From IMG/VR virus record IMGVR_UViG_3300048837_000378, positions 1-40,793 of that record: a stretch of DNA of 40,793 bases, one strand, 5' to 3'. The position numbers were made by a program, and so were the translations under genes. The notes beneath the pieces were generated by a model that saw nothing but the letters and a program-made list of their open reading frames with translations, did no database searches and was not told the DNA's origin. The stretch comes from a virus (Duplodnaviria > Heunggongvirae > Uroviricota > Caudoviricetes). This document shows, in pieces, positions 34,560 through 40,793 of the stretch (position 1 is the first letter of the stretch; every line of letters begins with the position of its first letter).

Positions 34560-35153
34560 ATGGCTAGAAGTGCGCAGAAAGACCCCTTAGACAAGTTTAG
34601 ATGGGCAGTAAGCGTAGAAGGCTTCACTAGATTAGGCTTCACAGGTTGTGAGGTTCCTTCAGTTACTATAGGAACTAAATCTTATGCAGAGGGCGGAGCC
34701 CACCTGTACCCAAGAAAAATAGTAGATTCAGTAGAATATTCTCCAGTCACGTTGACTAGAGGAGTAACATTAGATAAAAGCTTTCACGATTGGGCTAGCA
34801 AAATATTTGAGTTGATTAAAGGTATGAGCGCACAGGAAGTAAAACTTATACAACAACAGTCACCTTTATTAGGCACCCCTAGTTACGAAAGACCTGCACC
34901 CGTAGAATATAGAAGAGAAGTGAAAATCCACCACCTAGACAGGCAAGGTAGAATTATCAAAACTTACATTCTTCACAATGCTTTTCCTATAGAGTATAAG
35001 CCTGCTTCAGATTTCGCATCTGACGGCGATGATACGCTAAGTATGGAGAAGTTAGTATTGACCTATGAAAGTTTTGAAGTAGTCACTAACAGTAAAGACA
35101 CTAATCCATTTGATGCTACGGACATCGTTAAACGGCTTATAAAAAGATTATAA
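34560..35153 (+). CDS. Tail tube paralogue 3 (gp19-like)
   Basis: DPLDKFRW...YAEGG...VTLTRG...YILHNAFP. Confidence 0.85.
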   Translation: MARSAQKDPLDKFRWAVSVEGFTRLGFTGCEVPSVTIGTKSYAEGGAHLYPRKIVDSVEYSPVTLTRGVTLDKSFHDWASKIFELIKGMSAQEVKLIQQQSPLLGTPSYERPAPVEYRREVKIHHLDRQGRIIKTYILHNAFPIEYKPASDFASDGDDTLSMEKLVLTYESFEVVTNSKDTNPFDATDIVKRLIKRL

Positions 35154-35178
35154 TTATAACTTTAGAGGAGAGAGGGTT

Positions 35179-35946
35179 ATGAGAATTCAATTACCAAATG
35201 GTTTACTAGACGGTTCTGATTTGTTCAATTACGCAACAATAGACGAACTACGCGGTAAACAACAAAATTACCTTGCGGATAGAGAGCTGGTCGTTTCAAA
35301 TATCGGCCACATCCCCAAAATTTTATGCGACTTAGTATTGTCACTGGAAACAGCAGAAGGTCTTAAATGGGCTGGCAATATGGAAGAAGCCATCTACAAA
35401 TTGCCATCTGGCGACCTAGAAACAATCTTAGTAAAAATTCGTGAGAAATCTTACGGAGAACGTTTTTACTTTGAAGCTGAATGCCCCCATTGCGAACAGA
35501 AAAATAAAGATTTACGTATTGATTTATCTTCCTTAGAATTGGATGTTTTTACTTTAGAGCAAATGCTCGATAAGAAAGACAGAATTTTCATGTTACCAGG
35601 CGCTCAGCTTGAATGTGAAATTAAACCAATCCATCTTCGTGACCTTTTTGACGTCATCAAGATTAGTAAGAATAAGCAAAGTGAACTTATTACTTCTGTT
35701 TTAGCTTTGTCGCTAAAACGTCTAGGAACTTTATCAAAAGTCACTCCAAAAGACATTGAACAGTTATCTATGAAAGATATCATGATTCTCAAAGATAAAC
35801 TTGAAAAAGTTAAACTTGAAGGAACTTTGGATACTGAAATAGAAAACACTTGCGTCAAATGCGGTAAAGATTTTACCACAAAACTTGACGTTTTTGGGGC
35901 CGATTTTTTCGACCCTTCCAAGGGCTCACCGAGTACGAATACGTAA
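35179..35946 (+). CDS. Tail assembly chaperone / baseplate hub assembly protein (T4 gp26-like)
   Basis: CPHC...DLSSLE and CVKC; lies before the tape measure gene. Confidence 0.7.
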   Translation: MRIQLPNGLLDGSDLFNYATIDELRGKQQNYLADRELVVSNIGHIPKILCDLVLSLETAEGLKWAGNMEEAIYKLPSGDLETILVKIREKSYGERFYFEAECPHCEQKNKDLRIDLSSLELDVFTLEQMLDKKDRIFMLPGAQLECEIKPIHLRDLFDVIKISKNKQSELITSVLALSLKRLGTLSKVTPKDIEQLSMKDIMILKDKLEKVKLEGTLDTEIENTCVKCGKDFTTKLDVFGADFFDPSKGSPSTNT

Positions 35947-36098
35947 GTCACGAGCAAGACCTCTTGGATGATTACGCTTTTTTCGCTCAAGTTTGGAAGT
36001 GGCCTCCATCAGAAGTGGACGCACTTCGTTGGTCGCACAGGAAAAAGCTTAAACAAGCCTACAAAGATTATATGATAAATAATCCAGGGAAGAAATAA
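35904..36098 (+). other. -1 programmed frameshift giving a gpGT-like extension
   Basis: Slippery T-TTT-TTC at 35904-35910; the -1 frame reads ...LLDDYAFFAQVWKWPPSEVDALRWSHRKKL... to a TAA overlapping the tape measure ATG. Confidence 0.8.
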
Positions 36099-38548
36099 TG
36101 AGAAACCTAAAGATTATAGTCACAGTAGTTGACAAAACTCAAAAACCATTAGAACAAGTTGAAAAACGTGTTCGCAAGACTGGCGCTGCTGCAAAATCAG
36201 CAGCTCTAGATTTTACAAAGTTTAATAGAATTTTGTTTACTACTTCGGCATTTGTTGGGACCTTTGTAAAAGGTTTTAGCACTTTGACTAACTCTATCGA
36301 AGAAGGAGCAAATTTTGATAGACTAGTGACTCAGTTTGAACGAGTAATGGGACCAAAAGGGCAACTTTTTGATTCCATCAGTTCTATGACTGACGCTTCC
36401 ATCGATAAGATGGAGGCTATGCGTGAAGGATTATCTTTAGGTAGCCTTGGTATTATAAAAAACTCCAGTGAATTAGCAGCTATGGTCACTAAGGCCGGAG
36501 TCGCTTCAAAACTTGCTGGTAAAGATTCTGGAGAAGGAATTAAACAATTCTCCAGCTTCCTAAAAGACGGTAACGTAAGTCATCTAGAATTTTTCAATTT
36601 AATTGCTAGAACAAATCCTGCATTACAAGCACAGATGGCCATTCTCGGCAAAGCTGGCGGAATAATGGGGACAGTAGTCACTACTCAGGCGCGTTTGGCT
36701 ATGGGCCAAGCATTGCTCTCAGCAGCAACAAAAGGACAATTAAAAGGATTTAGAGATTTAAAAGACACAGTAGCAGATTACCGCCAAAACTTACTATTAC
36801 TGAAAAATAATATAGGAACCTTATTAGGAAAAGCTTTACAGCCTCTAATAGACAGTTTTTCTAGGCTATTAGAAAAATCTTCTAATTTTATTGATTCTAT
36901 TAAAGATAACAAACAAGTTAGATTTCTTATTAAATTTTTCACAGTAGCAGCCGGAGCAACATTAGGTTTAGCTGGAGCATTAGGAACATTAAGATTAGCT
37001 GTAATGGCTTTAGGTTCCTTGGGATTCGGACTACCTCGTTTGATTGCTTTGGGCTTAGGTTTAGGCACTACTTTCTTAGGTATCACTAAACCTGTTAGTA
37101 GCTTTGCCGACAAACTAAAATTAATTGGGGCAGTCGTAAAAGGTGTATGGGAACTAATCTCTACTCTAGACAGCGAAACTGGTATTGCAAAACTATCAGA
37201 ATCTACTTATAAACTATTAAAACAGAACGGCCTTCTAGGATTTGTACAATTTCTTGGAAGAGTTGGTTCAGTAGCTAAAACAGTAGTTTTGAATATGTTT
37301 GACGCTTTTAAATGGTTAGGAAAAAAATTAGACGACGTGTTCGGAGGAATGTTCCAAACTGTCATTAAATTTTTTCAAAAAATCAACGACCCTTGGTCTA
37401 ATTGGTGGGTAAATGATAGTGTAGCTCCTATTGAAAAAGGTATGCGAGCCGCTACAGTAATTGTTTCTACATTTGCCGCCCTATGGATGGGCAAAAAAAT
37501 GCTAGGAGGAATAGCTGGAGTTTTAAGTAAAATTCCTGTTATTGGTAAGCTGTTCGGCGGAGCTGGTAAAGGCACCGGCCCTACAGGAGATGCTACTGAC
37601 CCAATTTTTACTGTACCCATCGGCGGTGGACTAGCTGGAGGAATTCCAGGACTAGGTAAAGCCAAGGATGCGATATTTGGTAGATTGGGCAAAATACTAG
37701 GACCTTTGTCTTTAGCTTTTCAAAATTTACTTTTAAGAAGTAAAATTCTTGGTGAAATATTTACTCATCCAGGCGGTAAACTTCGCGGACTTATGTCTGT
37801 ATTTGGTAGTTTTGGTAAGAGTTTTCTAAGTCTCGGAAGAGTCGTAGGAACTTCTATTATGGCATTTGGAAGTACAATACTTACTAGCCTAGTTACAATG
37901 TTTTCATCTTTAGCTCCTTTATTAGGTCCAGCAATAGCAGTTACTGCTGCCGCTGGAATCGGTTACGCAATTGGAACGGCAATTAACACTTTAATAGCTA
38001 AATACACTCAAGGCGAAACTGAAGAAGGTTTTAAGGGAGATTTGTTTGAGCGAGCAGGGTTCAAAGTAAATAAATTGTTTGGTGGAGAATGGTCTAAACG
38101 TGAGATGGCTCTGGCAGATTTCCAAAAGAAATCAGACGTAGACATAGTAAATGAGTTTAGAAAGAAAAACGGTCAACCACCCCTGACAGCGGACCAAGAG
38201 CAAAAACTTAGGGAATCTTCTAAATCTGGACCAACAGTACCAACGTCGAGCCAACTGATGACTCCTATGAAACAGACGTCATCAATAATCCCTGATTCAG
38301 TTCAATCAGAATTAGAGTCATTAAATCAACTTGGCGAGAATATGCAAAACACACCAAGTTCAGACGCTACGGTTATGAAAAATAACATAGAAAAAATGTT
38401 AGCTAGCGGAAAAGAACCTCAAGAAGTTGCGTCACAATTACTCGGAAGTAAATTAGATGATACTAATTACTACTTAGAAGTTATTGCAGGAAATACTGGC
38501 AAAAGCCAATCCTTACAAACTAATCCTATGACTAAAAGGGAGCGATAA
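36098..38548 (+). CDS. Tape measure protein
   Basis: 816 aa, helical A/G/L-rich with hydrophobic segments, after the chaperone. Confidence 0.88.
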   Translation: MRNLKIIVTVVDKTQKPLEQVEKRVRKTGAAAKSAALDFTKFNRILFTTSAFVGTFVKGFSTLTNSIEEGANFDRLVTQFERVMGPKGQLFDSISSMTDASIDKMEAMREGLSLGSLGIIKNSSELAAMVTKAGVASKLAGKDSGEGIKQFSSFLKDGNVSHLEFFNLIARTNPALQAQMAILGKAGGIMGTVVTTQARLAMGQALLSAATKGQLKGFRDLKDTVADYRQNLLLLKNNIGTLLGKALQPLIDSFSRLLEKSSNFIDSIKDNKQVRFLIKFFTVAAGATLGLAGALGTLRLAVMALGSLGFGLPRLIALGLGLGTTFLGITKPVSSFADKLKLIGAVVKGVWELISTLDSETGIAKLSESTYKLLKQNGLLGFVQFLGRVGSVAKTVVLNMFDAFKWLGKKLDDVFGGMFQTVIKFFQKINDPWSNWWVNDSVAPIEKGMRAATVIVSTFAALWMGKKMLGGIAGVLSKIPVIGKLFGGAGKGTGPTGDATDPIFTVPIGGGLAGGIPGLGKAKDAIFGRLGKILGPLSLAFQNLLLRSKILGEIFTHPGGKLRGLMSVFGSFGKSFLSLGRVVGTSIMAFGSTILTSLVTMFSSLAPLLGPAIAVTAAAGIGYAIGTAINTLIAKYTQGETEEGFKGDLFERAGFKVNKLFGGEWSKREMALADFQKKSDVDIVNEFRKKNGQPPLTADQEQKLRESSKSGPTVPTSSQLMTPMKQTSSIIPDSVQSELESLNQLGENMQNTPSSDATVMKNNIEKMLASGKEPQEVASQLLGSKLDDTNYYLEVIAGNTGKSQSLQTNPMTKRER

Positions 38549-39300
38549 TGCCAATCCGCCAACCTAAAAGAGTTAGTACAGTAGATAATCTAGCTATTGG
38601 TAAAAAGATTCAAGGAGAGACTCTCCAAGTAGCAGGATTATTTCCTATTAATAATAGGGGAGAAATTGAAATCTCTGAAGTGGGAATTTTCATGTTAAAT
38701 CCCACTTCTTGGCAAGAAAATAAATCAGTTAACTGGGCTGAACAGACCGTACCAGGCCAATCAGACCCAGTACTACAATTTATATCTGGAGGAGCAAGAG
38801 CAGTTAGTTTTGAAGCTTTAGTTACCGCAGACACATCAGATTTTATATCTGGTCAGAAAAAGCAACCAGGAAAAGAAACTGACCCTTTAAAGCAAGCTAC
38901 AAATTTTGTAGGAAGTATTGCAGCTCAGTTTTTTAAAGTTCCTGCACCAGCTCCCAGAATTGAAGTTGATTCTGATAGAGGGGACAACTTAGACATATCA
39001 GCATACTTAAATTATTACAGGTCTTTGCAGTACCCTACTTACGACAAGTCTGACGGTCCTACAAAGTTACGAAATAGTCCTCCTATATTAGTACTAGCTA
39101 ATGGCACAGCTATCAATAAATTACCTCTCGGTGGACCAGGAACTAGAATTAGTAGCAACCACGATTTATGGGTTTTAGTAGATTTGCAAATAAGCGTCAC
39201 TAAACAGTTGCCTAATCTAGCTCCTATGGAAGCGACTGTGCAATTTAAATTAGTGCAGTATAATGTTCGTTCTTTTGATAGAAACAGATTCTTGAGGTAA
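38548..39300 (+). CDS. Tube initiator/baseplate protein (P2 gpU / Afp7-like)
   Basis: FMLNPTSWQENKSVNWAEQTVPGQSDPVLQFISGGARAVSF. Confidence 0.75.
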   Translation: MPIRQPKRVSTVDNLAIGKKIQGETLQVAGLFPINNRGEIEISEVGIFMLNPTSWQENKSVNWAEQTVPGQSDPVLQFISGGARAVSFEALVTADTSDFISGQKKQPGKETDPLKQATNFVGSIAAQFFKVPAPAPRIEVDSDRGDNLDISAYLNYYRSLQYPTYDKSDGPTKLRNSPPILVLANGTAINKLPLGGPGTRISSNHDLWVLVDLQISVTKQLPNLAPMEATVQFKLVQYNVRSFDRNRFLR

Positions 39301-39302
39301 GT

Positions 39303-39620
39303 ATGGCCAATTTTAGAGCTAATTCAAGATACACAAACGGCAAAGTTACTACGAATAGATTAAATAAAACATTTCTTATATTACGTAAGCCTATTAAACT
39401 TGAAGAAGATTCTACAGACACTTTTATTGAAGTGGACCAACAGTTAGAAAAAAGACCAGATTTAGTATCATACAAAGCTTACGGAGTTTCAGAACTTTGG
39501 TGGGCAATATATGAATTTAACAATATTAGAGACCCATTCTTTGATTTAAAATCTGGACAAATATTGAGAATACCTGCTATTGAGCGTGTACTTGAGGCAA
39601 TTGACAAGCTAGGAACTTAA
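39303..39620 (+). CDS. LysM-like baseplate wedge protein (T4 gp53 / P2 gpX-like)
   Basis: RPDLVSYKAYG...LWWAIYEFNNIRDP...GQILRIP. Confidence 0.85.
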   Translation: MANFRANSRYTNGKVTTNRLNKTFLILRKPIKLEEDSTDTFIEVDQQLEKRPDLVSYKAYGVSELWWAIYEFNNIRDPFFDLKSGQILRIPAIERVLEAIDKLGT

Positions 39621-39621
39621 T

Positions 39622-40793
39622 ATGGCATTTGATTATGACAAGTTTAGAACCCCTTATTATGAGATTGAAGTTTCAGACCCCTCTAATAAGAGGAAAGTAA
39701 AGTTGCCTCACCATATATTAAGACTAGTCACTAAGATTGAAATTAATGAAGCCTACGTATCTCCAGAAAATCAATTTGGAGCTACTACGGCTACTATATC
39801 TTTTGTTGAAGGTTCTCGTGAACCTGCTTCTCAAGACCCATCTATGGGAACCTCCGGCTTGTATCAAATGAGCCTGGATGGTGAAAATACGGACATGGAC
39901 ATTGCTGGCTCTATCACCAATAGAGTAGGAAGTATTGTTGATTTACGTTTTTCCGGTTCTAGTGGGATAACTTTTATTACTGACACAGAAAAAAAGACTG
40001 GAAAAGTTGAAGACCAATTTCAACCTAACGTTGATAAAAAATTAACAACTAGAAAGCATAAAAAAGAAACGCAAGCACCAAAATTCTTATTTGATGCGTA
40101 CAATTTAGTTCACATTACTTGGGGCTATAGAGAAGACCCTACCACCATCAGAAAAATAGTACTAAGCATTATAAATGTTGAAACTATGTTCTCTGATTCT
40201 GGACCAACAACTATTAATGTCCTATGTTCAGATAAGGGAGCTTTGTTAAATCAAATCGTTCCTAAATCTGCCAAGGCTTTTGGAGAAGTATTAAGTTACA
40301 AAGGTAACGCAATTATTGATTTCAAAGACCTTAAAACAGACGCTCTGATTCAAAAGATAGCTAAAGATAGTGGCATGGCCACAATCGTAAGTCAAAACAT
40401 TCTATCAGATACGTTGGACAAAAATCATCAAAAAATGTGGATAGCTGGAGAGAGCTTTCACGAGTTTCTAACTAAACTTGCAGTTACTCAAAATTGTTAT
40501 TATAAAATAATCAACAATCCAAAAACCGCAAAACCTACAATTTATTTTATCAAACGAGATGACTTTGAAGCAAAGCCTCCTATTGCTAAAGATAAATACT
40601 TTTTGCTAGAATACAAACAACCTGGATGCTTAATTAGGTCGGTTACAGTAAATGCCGACTTTGTTAGCCCAACTGGTTCTGCTTCTAGAGCTACGGACGA
40701 CGAAGGTGATGTTGTTGGTGACGAACGTCAAGTCGCAATCCAACAGTATAAAAGTAAAGAAGGACAGGTTATAGTAGACCCGACGCAGGACCC
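39622..40793 (+). CDS. Baseplate hub protein (P2 gpD / gp27-like), truncated at the window edge
   Basis: ATG at 39622, open to the end (MAFDYDKFRTPYYEIEV...); follows the LysM gene; not in the ORF track. Confidence 0.7.
   Translation, partial: MAFDYDKFRTPYYEIEVSDPSNKRKVKLPHHILRLVTKIEINEAYVSPENQFGATTATISFVEGSREPASQDPSMGTSGLYQMSLDGENTDMDIAGSITNRVGSIVDLRFSGSSGITFITDTEKKTGKVEDQFQPNVDKKLTTRKHKKETQAPKFLFDAYNLVHITWGYREDPTTIRKIVLSIINVETMFSDSGPTTINVLCSDKGALLNQIVPKSAKAFGEVLSYKGNAIIDFKDLKTDALIQKIAKDSGMATIVSQNILSDTLDKNHQKMWIAGESFHEFLTKLAVTQNCYYKIINNPKTAKPTIYFIKRDDFEAKPPIAKDKYFLLEYKQPGCLIRSVTVNADFVSPTGSASRATDDEGDVVGDERQVAIQQYKSKEGQVIVDPTQD

Noticed and set aside
5624-38834. Antisense and alternate-frame ORFs in the track (e.g. 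298-483, 5679-6254, 9115-9318, 10907-11242, 13822-14025, 22057-22518, 29011-29379, 35604-35990, 36778-37692)
   Set aside because: They overlap well-supported genes, lack RBS or coupling, and show no motifs.
1-40793. Genome-wide amber recoding (code 15) as the explanation of the portal start
   Set aside because: Long genes are intact under the standard code, and several genes end at TAG with properly coupled neighbours.
31765-40793. Extracellular contractile injection system (eCIS/tailocin)
   Set aside because: Terminase, portal, scaffold and capsid genes are in the same operon, so this is a phage.
1-40793. tRNA, rRNA, integrase or bEBP/sigma factor genes
   Set aside because: No cloverleaf-sized structured intergenic region or matching protein motif (e.g. 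GAFTGA) was recognised by eye; tRNAscan/Infernal were not run.

Overview
This window is part of an AT-rich tailed dsDNA phage genome (Caudoviricetes, contractile-tail/myovirus type); it is not an eCIS, because terminase, portal and capsid genes are present. Bases ~13.6-40.8 kb hold a + strand morphogenesis module: TerS-like, TerL, HNH, LAGLIDADG, portal, scaffold, HK97-type capsid, decoration/fibre-like proteins, permuted papain-like amidase, holin, neck, sheath, three gp19-like tubes, frameshifted tail chaperone, tape measure and baseplate. Bases 1-13.5 kb are an accessory/early region of ~45 small ORFs with two unusual systems. (1) About 21 otherwise dissimilar small proteins, many with KOW/SH3-like starts, share a terminal helix motif ~[SP]-x(2-4)-[VLI]-L-[YFH]-G. 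The motif is conserved as protein (all six Leu codons are used), is absent from the structural genes, and often supplies the ATG of the next gene. (2) A control region at 4.5-7.3 kb has six sigma54 (-24/-12) promoters, two pairs of them face-to-face, interleaved with ~20 copies of a 15-bp palindrome GTCTCA-N3-TGAGAC. The palindrome has NtrC-enhancer geometry, and many copies lie inside coding sequence. No enhancer-binding protein, tRNA, CRISPR array or integrase is visible. All calls come from manual reading; no database searches were run.
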